Positions 1 to 9,794 of a stretch of DNA of 64,000 bases are shown here, piece by piece (positions within the stretch are counted from its first letter, which is position 1; every line of letters starts with the position of its first letter). Made by a program: the position numbers and the translations under genes. The DNA is from an uncultured bacterium (GTDB lineage: Bacteria; Zixibacteria; MSB-5A5; UBA10806), in assembly GCA_965541585.1 (NCBI GenBank), contig CBEUCH010000001.1, positions 128,001-192,000 on the forward strand, written 5' to 3'. The notes below the pieces were generated by a model. That model was not told the DNA's origin. It worked only from the letters and a program-made list of their open reading frames with translations, and ran no database searches.

Positions 1-54
1 AATAAATTGAAAAGTTTGTATGCGAAAGAATGATCCGGATAAAGAGGACTGACG

Positions 55-1929
55 ATGAAAGGCATGAAACCCGACGAAATAAAAGTAATCCTGGCCACGG
101 ATTGCGGTTCCACAACGACCAAGGCTATTCTCATAGAATACCAGGACGGCGAATACCGTCTGATCGTTCGCGGTGAGGCTCCGACAACCGTGGAGGCGCC
201 GTTCGAGGACGTCACCATGGGGGTTCTAAACGCCATCGGTGAGGTGGAGGAGCTCTCGGGTCGAAAGATCCTGGATGAAAATGATAAGATCATAAATCCG
301 AGGACCGACGAAAACGGCAATAAGGTTGGCACAGATATATATGTTTCAACATCGTCGGCGGGCGGGGGCCTGCAGATGATGGTTGCCGGTGTAGTGCGGA
401 AGATGACGGCTGAATCCGCCGAGAGGGCGGCGTTGGGGGCCGGCGCAATCGTCATGGATGTTATTGCCTCTAACGATAAGAGACTTCCTCACCAGCAGAT
501 CGAGAGGATCAGGCATCTGCGTCCGGATATGATTCTGCTTTCAGGTGGTATAGACGGCGGCACTATGACCCACGTGGTGGAATTGGCAGAGCTTATCTCG
601 GCGGCCGATCCCAGACCACGGCTCGGAACCGGATATAATCTGCCGGTTATCTATGCCGGCAACAAGAATGCCAGAGAAGCTGTAAAAGAAACGCTTGGTG
701 ATAAAACTGCTCTGGATATAGTGGATAATTTGCGTCCCGTGCTGGAAAGAGAGAATCTCCTTCCGGCCAGAGAGAAAGTCCACGACCTGTTCATGGAGCA
801 TGTCATGGCACAGGCTCCCGGGTATAGCAAGCTGATGGAGTGGACTGACGCTCCCATCATGCCGACTCCCGGTGCCGTCGGAATAATTATCAAGCGGGTG
901 GCCGATGAGATGAATATAGAGGCGGTGGGAGTCGATATCGGGGGAGCCACTACAGATGTCTTCTCCGTCTTCCGGCCCGAAGGTAAACCTGAAGGGGTCT
1001 TCAACCGCACGGTGTCGGCCAACCTGGGGATGAGCTATTCGGTCTCCAACGTTTTCGCCGAGGCCACCGTGCCGAAGGTCATGCGCTGGGTGCCTTTCGA
1101 TATGGACGAACGGGATCTGAGAAACAGGGTCAAGAACAAGATGATCCGTCCCACGACGATTCCTCAATCGTTACAGGAGCTGGTATTCGAGCAGGCTATC
1201 GCCAAAGAAGCGTTGAGGCTGGCTTTCATCCAGCATAAGAATTTCGCCACCGAATTGAAGGGTGTCCAGCAGCAACGGACTATCGCCGACGCGTTCGATC
1301 AGACCACCGCCGGCGCCACGATCGTGAACATGATGAGCCTCGATATCCTGATCGGTTCGGGCGGCGTCCTATCGCATGCACCCCGCCGTCAGCAGGCGGC
1401 TTTGATGATGCTCGACGCTTTCCAGCCGGAGGGAATAACCAGGCTGGCGGTCGATTCCATCTTCATGATGCCTCAGTTGGGGGTGCTGTCCGAGGTTCAC
1501 TCCCGGGCGGCGACGGAGGTTTTCAATAAGGATTGCCTGATTCATCTGGGATGCTGTGTGGCCCCTGCAGGCGAAGGCATCAAAAAGGGCCAGGAAATGC
1601 TTGAATACAGGATAGAACTCCCGGATGGCAGCATCGAGGAAGGCAAGATCATCGACGGGCAGATGAAGCTCGTCAAACTTGGTGTGGGGGAGAGTGGCCT
1701 GCCGCTGTTGGCCAGAGGGGTTCTCAAACCGGCCAGGAATCTCGATCTCGGAAGAGGTAGAGGCAATGCGATCACTACGGAGTTATCCGGCGGTGTGGTC
1801 GGGATTATACTCGATGGCCGGGGACGTCCGTTCGTTCTGCCTGACGACGCCAAAACCCGTGTCGCCAAGCTCAAGGAATGGATGCTGGAGCTTGATATAT
1901 ATCCCCGGGAGCGGCTGGAGAAGCTATAA
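55..1929 (+). CDS. Glutamate mutase L (GlmL/MutL)-family ASKHA ATPase, putative B12-mutase reactivase-like protein
   Basis: 624-aa ORF with ASKHA phosphate motifs ATDCGSTTTKA and GVDIGGATTDVFS plus CSSAAGGL-like STSSAGGGL, typical of GlmL/MutL; RBS AGAGGA upstream. Confidence 0.8.
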   Translation: MKGMKPDEIKVILATDCGSTTTKAILIEYQDGEYRLIVRGEAPTTVEAPFEDVTMGVLNAIGEVEELSGRKILDENDKIINPRTDENGNKVGTDIYVSTSSAGGGLQMMVAGVVRKMTAESAERAALGAGAIVMDVIASNDKRLPHQQIERIRHLRPDMILLSGGIDGGTMTHVVELAELISAADPRPRLGTGYNLPVIYAGNKNAREAVKETLGDKTALDIVDNLRPVLERENLLPAREKVHDLFMEHVMAQAPGYSKLMEWTDAPIMPTPGAVGIIIKRVADEMNIEAVGVDIGGATTDVFSVFRPEGKPEGVFNRTVSANLGMSYSVSNVFAEATVPKVMRWVPFDMDERDLRNRVKNKMIRPTTIPQSLQELVFEQAIAKEALRLAFIQHKNFATELKGVQQQRTIADAFDQTTAGATIVNMMSLDILIGSGGVLSHAPRRQQAALMMLDAFQPEGITRLAVDSIFMMPQLGVLSEVHSRAATEVFNKDCLIHLGCCVAPAGEGIKKGQEMLEYRIELPDGSIEEGKIIDGQMKLVKLGVGESGLPLLARGVLKPARNLDLGRGRGNAITTELSGGVVGIILDGRGRPFVLPDDAKTRVAKLKEWMLELDIYPRERLEKL

Positions 1930-2006
1930 AGTATAGTCGATAAGTATCACAGAGAGGTCTGACGTGACAATGTATGTTAGGCAAGCATCTGAAAGGAGAG
2001 ACATTT

Positions 2007-2366
2007 GTGGATACTCAAACGTGGATTAAAGACCTTTTCGAAGCGGTTGACTCGCTGGATGCGGATAAGTTCGCGGGATTCCTTACCGATGATGCAATTT
2101 TCAGATTCGCCAACGCCGCCCCGGTGGAGGGCAAGGCTGCAATTCGTAGCGCCCTGACCGGATTCTTCTCATCGATCAACGGCTTGAAACACGAAATCCT
2201 CGAATGGTGGGAGCAGGATGGCACCGTGATATGCCGCGGCGAGGTTACGTATATGAAAAAGGATGCCAGTGAATTTACCGCTCCGTTCGCCAATTTCTTC
2301 AAGATGAAAGGTGAGTTGATAAAAGATTACCTTGTATATGTGGATGCATCCCAGCTTTACGCTTAG
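2007..2366 (+). CDS. SnoaL-like / NTF2-family protein
   Basis: GTG start after AAAGGAG RBS; DAIFRFANAAPVEGKAAIR pattern and YLVYVD C-terminus typical of the NTF2/SnoaL fold. Confidence 0.75.
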   Translation: MDTQTWIKDLFEAVDSLDADKFAGFLTDDAIFRFANAAPVEGKAAIRSALTGFFSSINGLKHEILEWWEQDGTVICRGEVTYMKKDASEFTAPFANFFKMKGELIKDYLVYVDASQLYA

Positions 2367-2460
2367 AGGCTAATTATGATTTTGTGAGCGATTTTCTTTT
2401 TTGAGCGGCGAGCCACTTCTACCCTCGGCCCAAGGCCTGACCCTACCGCACCTAATTTAG

Positions 2461-2490
2461 TTGACCTTTTTGCCCTCAGGAGTATATAAT
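2461..2490 (+). promoter_or_regulatory. sigma70-type promoter for the downstream lipoprotein gene
   Basis: TTGACC-18 nt-TATAAT, 36 nt upstream of ATG 2527. Confidence 0.55.
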
Positions 2491-2526
2491 ATAGGGAGAG
2501 TATATATCAACTGCAGAGGTGTTTGT

Positions 2527-3681
2527 ATGAAAGGCTTTATTAAGTTCACTTGTATCGGGTTGGCTGTATCCGGCTTAATTGCATTGTCATCGTGCAGTAA
2601 ATCAACGGAGCCTGAAAAAAACTACGATTTCCCGGAGCCGCTGGATAGCGTCGCCAATGATATAACGCTTTCGATCCACTCGGCTGTCTGGGATACCCTT
2701 CTGGCAACAACTGAACTAATAACAGAAGGAACGACGATAATAGAATTTGGCGACTCATCCTACTTGTATCATGCTTTCAATATCTATGCAGAAGCCGAGG
2801 GGTTCTACACAGAATTGTACTTTTGCCGGAACGGAGATACCGTAACCGTCGATCTGGATGCTGTGCCGACTGCAGCCAATGCCATCACGGGCGTCATAAT
2901 CGGCTCTCAGGATATGTGGCCTCATTATTATTATGCAGACGGCGATATCGAGGTCGGCGGTCCGGAAAACCTATCACTGACCATCAGAACCGATCAGCAA
3001 GGACGCTTTGGCTTGGGTAATTTACCAAATGGTACATTCCAGATGAGCATTAATCGCTCGGGATGGCATGAGCCTATTATCTTCCAGGTTGAAAACGCAG
3101 GCAGTATTGATTATAGAGATTTGCTTTTTGTCGATCCTGCACAACTTGAAGCCCCCTATCTTTATCTCTATCCGCAAACCGAAATGGATATTACCATTGA
3201 ACTTGGCTTTCCGCAGGGGGGACAAATAACCGAATCCGAGCCGCCATATGGCAGCGGCTGGAATGTTCATGTTACTCCCGATGGCGTAATCGAAGGGCAA
3301 TACTCATATTTATTCTACGAGGGAGTTATATCGGTGCCATTCAACCATGAATGCGCCTGGCTTCTGGATGGCAACGACCTTGAGAACGAGATGCGAAACC
3401 TGCTTGTAAACCTCAGCTTTGAAGGCAGAGAGATTGACGATTTTGTCGATTTCTGGGTGCCGATAATCGAGGGCTCGCCCTGGTATGCGTTCTTCCCTCA
3501 GGACGTCGAATCGATTATTACGCTTGATATTACGCCGATTCCCGACAATATCCTAAGGGCGCTGTTTTTCATCTACCCACTCGAACAGCCTCTGTCTATC
3601 CCGGAACCTGAGATCCCGGTTGATTTCACCCGTGATGGTTTTACGGTTGTGGAATGGGGCGTTATCGGCTGGCATGATTAG
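2527..3681 (+). CDS. Lipoprotein with Ig/carboxypeptidase-regulatory-like region and C-terminal 'KPVIYLYP'-type domain of unknown function
   Basis: Lipobox LSSC; TDQQGRF..NLPNGTF prealbumin-like motif; PYLYLYP...GWNV...YLFYEG...DFVDFW.P...FTVVEWG. Confidence 0.65.
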   Translation: MKGFIKFTCIGLAVSGLIALSSCSKSTEPEKNYDFPEPLDSVANDITLSIHSAVWDTLLATTELITEGTTIIEFGDSSYLYHAFNIYAEAEGFYTELYFCRNGDTVTVDLDAVPTAANAITGVIIGSQDMWPHYYYADGDIEVGGPENLSLTIRTDQQGRFGLGNLPNGTFQMSINRSGWHEPIIFQVENAGSIDYRDLLFVDPAQLEAPYLYLYPQTEMDITIELGFPQGGQITESEPPYGSGWNVHVTPDGVIEGQYSYLFYEGVISVPFNHECAWLLDGNDLENEMRNLLVNLSFEGREIDDFVDFWVPIIEGSPWYAFFPQDVESIITLDITPIPDNILRALFFIYPLEQPLSIPEPEIPVDFTRDGFTVVEWGVIGWHD

Positions 3682-3689
3682 GTTTTTGG

Positions 3690-4112
3690 TTGCCAGTCCT
3701 GCTTTCCGGACCAAGCATATTACCCGGTAAAGTGTTGAACCCCGAAGATCTAATATCTCTCTCCCAGCAGATCCAGAAGGCGTTTGACGGCAAAGACATC
3801 GACGCCATCCTGCAGCATTACAACGATGATATTGTCTTGATCGGGCCGTCGTTTCCGGAACCGGTCTATGGCATAGATGATTTGAAAAAAGCGATTTTAA
3901 GATATTTCAAGAATCCCCGGAGGACGGCCACAACTCTAAAAAATATAAAGACTTATCCTCTTGGGGATGATATCTGCCTGGTATTCTGCAGAATCGAAGG
4001 CTACCAATCTGTATACTATTCGAGATACGATTTCAAAGGATGGCTTTCGAGGGTTTTTGTCGAGTCCGATGATGGCCCCAAGATAGTCAGCGAACAACTT
4101 TCGCTCACTTAG
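3690..4112 (+). CDS. NTF2-like / DUF4440-type protein (start uncertain, possibly 3732)
   Basis: AFDGKDIDAILQHYNDDIVLIGP...VYG pattern of the NTF2 fold. Confidence 0.6.
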   Translation: MPVLLSGPSILPGKVLNPEDLISLSQQIQKAFDGKDIDAILQHYNDDIVLIGPSFPEPVYGIDDLKKAILRYFKNPRRTATTLKNIKTYPLGDDICLVFCRIEGYQSVYYSRYDFKGWLSRVFVESDDGPKIVSEQLSLT

Positions 4113-4292
4113 CTTGCTGTTCATTTCTTAAGATATGCCGAAGCCAAGCCCTCTGATATTTGGCGGCCCGCCGTCAGTTTTCCGCATTTATTGGCGGGAA
4201 CTCCAACTTATTTAATAGGTTTACATTGATAGTCGATTAGACTATATTGTGCGCCAAAACGGGAATTTGCTCAAAGGTTAAGGAGGCAGGAA

Positions 4293-4601
4293 TTGTTCAA
4301 AGGCGTGCTATTGATGGGGGCGCCCTCCGGCGGTGGGGGTGGCGGAAGCAGCTTATCCCTGCTTTTGATGTTCGGTCTGATTTTCGCCGTAATGTATTTT
4401 TTCATGATCAGGCCGCAGCAGAGAAGGGAAAAAGAACGCCAGAGGATTATCTCGGAACTCAAGAAGGGCGACAAGGTCGTTACCAACTCCGGGATCATTG
4501 GAACCGTATGGGGCATAAAGGATAACGTCGTCGTTTTGAAGGTCGATGACAATGTGAAAATGGAGTTTTTGAAAAGCGCAGTTTCGGCAAAGGTCGAGTA
4601 A
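4293..4601 (+). CDS. yajC: Preprotein translocase subunit YajC
   Basis: YFFMIRPQQRR...LKKGDKVVTNSGIIGTV motif; AGGAGG RBS. Confidence 0.95.
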   Translation: MFKGVLLMGAPSGGGGGGSSLSLLLMFGLIFAVMYFFMIRPQQRREKERQRIISELKKGDKVVTNSGIIGTVWGIKDNVVVLKVDDNVKMEFLKSAVSAKVE

Positions 4602-4625
4602 TTCAAAGCGGGAGCTTAAAAAAGT

Positions 4626-5144
4626 TTGTCTATTCTGCCCATAAAAGTTTACGGTGAAGAGGTCCTGAGGGAAAAATCCGAGGCCGTTGAGAATATCGAC
4701 GGTGAGATGATGGATTTTTTGGAAAGTTTGAACCGGACCATGCAGTACGCCAAGGGTCTGGGGTTGGCGGCCAATCAGGTGGGCCGCGCCATCAGGGCCT
4801 TCGCCATCGATTTATCGCATTTTGATGTTCTGGCCGAGCCCAGGGTGTTCGTCAACCCGGAAATCATGGAGATCGGGGGAAACGTAGTTACCGGCGAAGA
4901 AGGCTGTCTGTCATTTCCCGGCCTTTTTCAAATGATCGAAAGACCGGAGAAGACAACCATCAAGAGTATCGACTTCGACGGCAAGGAATATTTTTTCGAG
5001 GCAAACGGGATGGTGGCCAGGGTAATCGTACATGAGATAGACCATCTCGACGGCACCCTATTCATAGACAAGCTAAGCCCCGCACAAAGACGACTCATAA
5101 AAGGAAAGCTTAACAAGATCAAGGCCGGCGAAAAGGTTGGATGA
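4626..5144 (+). CDS. def: Peptide deformylase
   Basis: GLGLAANQVG, EEGCLS and HEIDHLDG motifs. Confidence 0.97.
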   Translation: MSILPIKVYGEEVLREKSEAVENIDGEMMDFLESLNRTMQYAKGLGLAANQVGRAIRAFAIDLSHFDVLAEPRVFVNPEIMEIGGNVVTGEEGCLSFPGLFQMIERPEKTTIKSIDFDGKEYFFEANGMVARVIVHEIDHLDGTLFIDKLSPAQRRLIKGKLNKIKAGEKVG

Positions 5145-6094
5145 GGCTTATATTTTTCGGGACGCCTGATTTTGCATCGCAATGCCTCCGGAAGATTCTA
5201 TCGTCGAAACACAGCGTAGCAGCGGTGGTGACCGCGCCGGATAAACCGGCGGGCCGGGGCAGAAGGCTGGCGCAAACGGCGGTGAAAACACTGGCAAGTA
5301 AGCACGAGTTGGAGATTTTGCAGCCTGAAAGGCTCAAAGATCCATCATTTCTACAAAAGCTCGAAGTCTCGGGCGCAGATATTTTCTGCGTGGTGGCGTT
5401 CAGAATTCTACCGGAAGAAGTGTTCGGCATGCCGCCCGAGGGATGTATCAACCTTCATGCCTCGCTGTTACCTAAATACCGAGGAGCGGCGCCGATCAAC
5501 TGGGCGCTTATCAATGGAGAGAGCGAAACGGGCCTGACGACTTTTTTTATCCGCCGCAAAGTCGATACGGGAGAGATTATCCGGCAGGAGAAGATAGATA
5601 TCGAACCGAATGAAACTTTCGGCAGCCTGCACGACAGGATGGCGGAAATGGGAGGGGGATTGCTCATCCGGACCCTGGATTTGATAGAGTCGGGCAATGT
5701 CGCCCCTATAAAGCAGGATGATAGTCAGGCATCATCGGCGCCCAAAATATCTCCCGAACTGGGCGGAATAAACTGGGCAAAATCGGCTCGTGAAATCCAC
5801 AACCTGGTTCGAGGATTGTCGCCACGACCGGCGGCGCATTCATATCTCGAACAAAAAAGAATTACTTTGCTCCTGACTGAATTGACGACGGATGAACCGA
5901 CTGATCAAAAACCGGGGTCGGTTATAATGGCGGATTCGAGAAATGGAATAGTGGTTGCCTGCGGGAAGGGTTCTTTGAAGATCCTTCAGTTGAAGCCGGA
6001 GTCGGGCAGTGCTATGACCGGCGCCGAATTTGTCCGCGGGTACCGATTGGAAGCCGGTACCTGCTTTGGAGGTCATGTTGAGCGCAAAAGTTAG
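5141..6094 (+). CDS. fmt: Methionyl-tRNA formyltransferase
   Basis: FFGTPDFA and INLHASLLPKYRGAAPI motifs; follows def. Confidence 0.97.
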   Translation: MRLIFFGTPDFASQCLRKILSSKHSVAAVVTAPDKPAGRGRRLAQTAVKTLASKHELEILQPERLKDPSFLQKLEVSGADIFCVVAFRILPEEVFGMPPEGCINLHASLLPKYRGAAPINWALINGESETGLTTFFIRRKVDTGEIIRQEKIDIEPNETFGSLHDRMAEMGGGLLIRTLDLIESGNVAPIKQDDSQASSAPKISPELGGINWAKSAREIHNLVRGLSPRPAAHSYLEQKRITLLLTELTTDEPTDQKPGSVIMADSRNGIVVACGKGSLKILQLKPESGSAMTGAEFVRGYRLEAGTCFGGHVERKS

Positions 6095-7640
6095 TTCCCA
6101 GATATATGTGAATGTCACCGACTATGAGACCCGGATAGCGGTCGTTGAGGACGATAAGCTGGTCGAGCTGATAACCGAAAGGCCGGAAAGCGAGCGAATA
6201 GTAGGGGATATCTATAAAGGCAAGGTGACGGCGGTCCTCCCGGGTATCCAGGCGGCATTCGTGGATATAGGTCTCGAGAAGGCAGGTTTTCTGCACTTCT
6301 CGGATACTTCGGATTTCAGGGGAACCCAGAATCTTCTTTTTGATATGGAATATATCGATGAGGACACTCTCGATACTCCATTGGTTTCGAGACGTAAAAG
6401 ATCATCTATCATATCAGATCTTATAAAGAAGGGGCAGGAGATTCTCGTACAGGTTATAAGGGAACCGATTGGCAATAAAGGGCCGCGACTTACCACCGTC
6501 ATATCTCTGCCGGGACGATACATTGTCATGATCCCGGGGGGGAACCATCTGGGTATCTCCAGGAAAATCTCGGATCCGGCGGAGAAGAAAAGACTGCGCA
6601 AGATAGTTTCCGATCTGAAGCCGGGGAATTTCGGAATAATCGTCAGGACGGTCGCTGAGGGCAAGGATAAAAGGCGCTTCAAAGCAGATATGACCATGCT
6701 GACCAAGCTCTGGAATAACATGAAAAAGCAGGTAGAAAAATCGACGGCCCCGGCTCTCGTTCACAGGGACCTGGATGTTACCGGTGGTATTATCAGAGAT
6801 CTTCTCACCCGGGATATTGATCGGGTAATGATAGACAACAAAAAGGAATTTTCCAAGATAATGAAGTATCTCAAGGCGCTCGATCCCAAGCTGCGATCCA
6901 TTGTGGAGTTTTACAAATATCCCGAACCGATTTTCGATAAGATGGAAATCGAGCCCGAGATAGAGAAGATGCTTGAGAGGAAGGTCTGGATCAAGGGCGG
7001 GGCCAATATCGTGATAGATCAGACGGAGGCCCTGGTAACTGTCGATGTCAACACCGGCAGATACAGCGCCAAAGCCAGGGGCGAGGATGCCATTTATAGA
7101 ACAAATCTGGAGGCCGCTCGCGTTGTTGCCCGCCAGTTAAGGCTTCGGGATATAGGTGGCATCATAATCGTTGATTTCATAGATTTAGAGAGTAAGGAAC
7201 GTCGCAGACGAATCTATGATGAATTTAAAAACTCTCTATCGCGAGATCGCTCAGAGAATTATATATCCTCGATATCCGATCTGGGCCTGGTGGAGATGAC
7301 ACGCAAGCGGATAAGGCCGTCATTCATGCATGCGACTTCTGAACCCTGCCCATTATGCGATGGCATCGGGCGGGTCCTTTCTCGAGAGTCAATGGCGGTA
7401 AAAATCGAGCGCTGGTTCAAACGGGCCCGTACATCATCATCGTTGAGAAAATACCAGATGATAACCGGCCCGCAGGTCGGGGAGGTTCTTCTCGATGGCA
7501 GGCCCAACCGGCTCCGGATCCTGGAGAAAAACACGAAGCTTAAAATAGATTTGATAATAGACACCTCTCTTCACCCCGATGAATTCAAGGTAATTGATGC
7601 CTCATCTGAAATCGACGTTACTGAAAAATATAAAGCCTGA
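6075..7640 (+). CDS. rng: Ribonuclease G/E family (Rne/Rng), no long C-terminal scaffold
   Basis: VGDIYKGKV..VLPGIQAAFVD, DVNTG, RLRDIGGIIIVDFID, CPLCDG; start after GGAGG at ATG 6075. Confidence 0.9.
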   Translation: MLSAKVSSQIYVNVTDYETRIAVVEDDKLVELITERPESERIVGDIYKGKVTAVLPGIQAAFVDIGLEKAGFLHFSDTSDFRGTQNLLFDMEYIDEDTLDTPLVSRRKRSSIISDLIKKGQEILVQVIREPIGNKGPRLTTVISLPGRYIVMIPGGNHLGISRKISDPAEKKRLRKIVSDLKPGNFGIIVRTVAEGKDKRRFKADMTMLTKLWNNMKKQVEKSTAPALVHRDLDVTGGIIRDLLTRDIDRVMIDNKKEFSKIMKYLKALDPKLRSIVEFYKYPEPIFDKMEIEPEIEKMLERKVWIKGGANIVIDQTEALVTVDVNTGRYSAKARGEDAIYRTNLEAARVVARQLRLRDIGGIIIVDFIDLESKERRRRIYDEFKNSLSRDRSENYISSISDLGLVEMTRKRIRPSFMHATSEPCPLCDGIGRVLSRESMAVKIERWFKRARTSSSLRKYQMITGPQVGEVLLDGRPNRLRILEKNTKLKIDLIIDTSLHPDEFKVIDASSEIDVTEKYKA

Positions 7641-8781
7641 AAATTTATTGGCTTTATCAGTATATCTTTTTGCCATCGCCGCTCCCATCTCGATCGTGCT
7701 GGCCCAGGCGGCCGCGGGCCTGGTGATCTTAAGCGGTATCGCCTGTACGGTCTCTCGTTCCGAGAGAATCAGGTTGCCTTTCTGGGGATCAATATTGTTG
7801 CCGTCTTTTCTGGCATTGGTGCTTTTGTCCTCGATTTTTTCTCCCAGTTTCGTATCAGCCGTTCCTCAGCTAAAGAAAAGCTGGGTTATGATCTGTTTTT
7901 TCCCCATGGTGGCGTTTTCGTCGGCCTTCTCCTCGAGGAAATTAATCGATCTCTTAATTCTGGGTACGGGAATCGCGTCGCTTTTAGGTCTATTCCGATT
8001 CATATCAGGGGAGGTTCAGCGGGCTGCTCCCTACTCAGGTGGATATACCACCATGGCGCTGTTTGAAGCGGCCATGATACCGATCGCTTTAGCGGTTTTT
8101 GTTAAGACAGAATCATCAAAAAGATGGTTCTATATAGCGGCGGGAGCGGTTATGGCAGCAGGTTTGCTTTTTTCGGGCACCAGGGCGGGATGGTTTTCCG
8201 CGGCTGCAGGCATTTTGATTGTCGGATTTTATCTCAATAAGAAGCGAACCGTTATAGGCCTGCTCATTGCGATCGCACTTCTGACAGCGATCCCCCAGAG
8301 CCGTGGTCTGATCATTGAGCGTTTCAAGGCCAATAAAGAAGGCGGCATAACAAGTGGTCGCACCTCCCTGTATGCGGCCTCGCTGGCGCCGGTATCACAC
8401 TTGCCATTCTGGGGATATGGCCCGGGGAGTTTTAGAAAACTTGTGCCCGAGGGTATTTTAGAAGAAATAGGCGATACCGGAATCCAGAGCTGGCATTCGA
8501 CGCCTTTGGAAATATTGATAGAATCCGGGCCACTGGCGCTGATTGTCTTCTTAGGTCTGGCAACGGGTCCACTCCTGATTTGCTGGCGGAATCGTGCAAG
8601 ATCGTCCGGCGAGGGAACATTCTGGGCGGGGATGTTATCCTCCATCGTGGCACTGTATCTGGCCGGGATGACAACCAATCTCTTGAGAGATTTTATGCTT
8701 TTATCCCTTTTGATGATAATCTGGTCGGTATCAGTTACTGGCCCGGAGAAACCGGTTCCAGCGGGGAATAAATTTGAATAA
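7594..8781 (+). CDS. O-antigen ligase-like membrane protein
   Basis: Multi-TM protein with SGTRAGW, GYGPGSF and WHSTPLEILIESG motifs of the WaaL/Wzy_C family. Confidence 0.8.
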   Translation: MMPHLKSTLLKNIKPENLLALSVYLFAIAAPISIVLAQAAAGLVILSGIACTVSRSERIRLPFWGSILLPSFLALVLLSSIFSPSFVSAVPQLKKSWVMICFFPMVAFSSAFSSRKLIDLLILGTGIASLLGLFRFISGEVQRAAPYSGGYTTMALFEAAMIPIALAVFVKTESSKRWFYIAAGAVMAAGLLFSGTRAGWFSAAAGILIVGFYLNKKRTVIGLLIAIALLTAIPQSRGLIIERFKANKEGGITSGRTSLYAASLAPVSHLPFWGYGPGSFRKLVPEGILEEIGDTGIQSWHSTPLEILIESGPLALIVFLGLATGPLLICWRNRARSSGEGTFWAGMLSSIVALYLAGMTTNLLRDFMLLSLLMIIWSVSVTGPEKPVPAGNKFE

Positions 8782-8826
8782 AGAAAGTCCTGTGAACATT
8801 AACAACAGATACATGATAGGTGTTTT

Positions 8827-9372
8827 ATGACTTCCCGGAAGAGCCTGATTGACGAAGGCATAATCCAGGTAGCGGCTATGATGGAGATAGCCGCCCGGAC
8901 GGCTCCCAAATCGAGGGGCGAGGATTTTGTCGAGATTATGACGATCACCGGCCGAGGATTGAAAAAGCTTGCAGACGCTATGCTCAAATTCGGGGCGGAG
9001 AAGAACAAACAAAATTTCGACCGGGATGCCGCCAACGTATCGGCCTCAAAAGCGGTGGTCATTATCGGGCTGAATAACAGTACTTCCCTGGGTCTCGATT
9101 GTGGCGGCTGCGGTTATCCCGACTGCAATGCTTTTAACCTGGCCAAGCAGGTAGATGTTGACTTTCTGGGGCCAATATGCAGCTATCGCCTTATTGACCT
9201 GGGTATCGCAGTCGGCTCGGCCGTTAAGACGGCGCAGATATTCAATGTCGATAACCGAATCATGTACCGTATCGGGGTCGCCGCCCGATGGATGGGGCTG
9301 GTGGACTGGGATTATCTTCTGGGGATTCCCCTCTCGGCGACGGGGAAAAACATATTTTTTGACCGTGGATGA
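8827..9372 (+). CDS. DUF2148 ferredoxin-domain-containing protein
   Basis: AARTAPKSRGED, CGGCGYPDC, DLGIAVGSA, VDNRIMYRIG, GKNIFFDR. Confidence 0.8.
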   Translation: MTSRKSLIDEGIIQVAAMMEIAARTAPKSRGEDFVEIMTITGRGLKKLADAMLKFGAEKNKQNFDRDAANVSASKAVVIIGLNNSTSLGLDCGGCGYPDCNAFNLAKQVDVDFLGPICSYRLIDLGIAVGSAVKTAQIFNVDNRIMYRIGVAARWMGLVDWDYLLGIPLSATGKNIFFDRG

Positions 9373-9425
9373 ATGAAACAAATCTACATTAGAAATGTTT
9401 AATCACATGGTTTCGGAGATGGTGC

Positions 9426-9455
9426 TTGACAAGAAGACGAGGGATATTATATGAT
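9426..9455 (+). promoter_or_regulatory. sigma70-type promoter of the rplU-bamA operon
   Basis: TTGACA-18 nt-TATGAT upstream of GGAGG RBS and ATG 9483. Confidence 0.6.
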
Positions 9456-9482
9456 AAATTTCTTAGATAATCTGGAGGTGCG

Positions 9483-9794
9483 ATGCGAGCGATTATTGAA
9501 ACCGGAGGGACCCAGGTTCCCGTTGAAGTTAATGCTAACTGCAAGATACCCAGGATAGATAAACCGGTCGGGGAGGAGATCAATTTCGATAAGGTCTTGC
9601 TGATCTCCAAGGGTAAGAAGCCAGTTGTAGGTAAGCCGTATATCGAGGGTGCGTCTGTTAAAGGCGAGGTTGTGGCTCACAGCAGGTTCGACAAGGTTAT
9701 CGTATTCAAATTTAAAAGGCGGCGCAAGTATCGTCGCAGGACCGGACATAGACAGGACTTTACAGAAGTTCTGGTCAAGAAGATAAGCCATTGA
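9483..9794 (+). CDS. rplU: 50S ribosomal protein L21
   Basis: AIIETGG.Q, VGKPYIEGA.V, FKFKRRRKYRRRTGHRQ. Confidence 0.97.
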   Translation: MRAIIETGGTQVPVEVNANCKIPRIDKPVGEEINFDKVLLISKGKKPVVGKPYIEGASVKGEVVAHSRFDKVIVFKFKRRRKYRRRTGHRQDFTEVLVKKISH

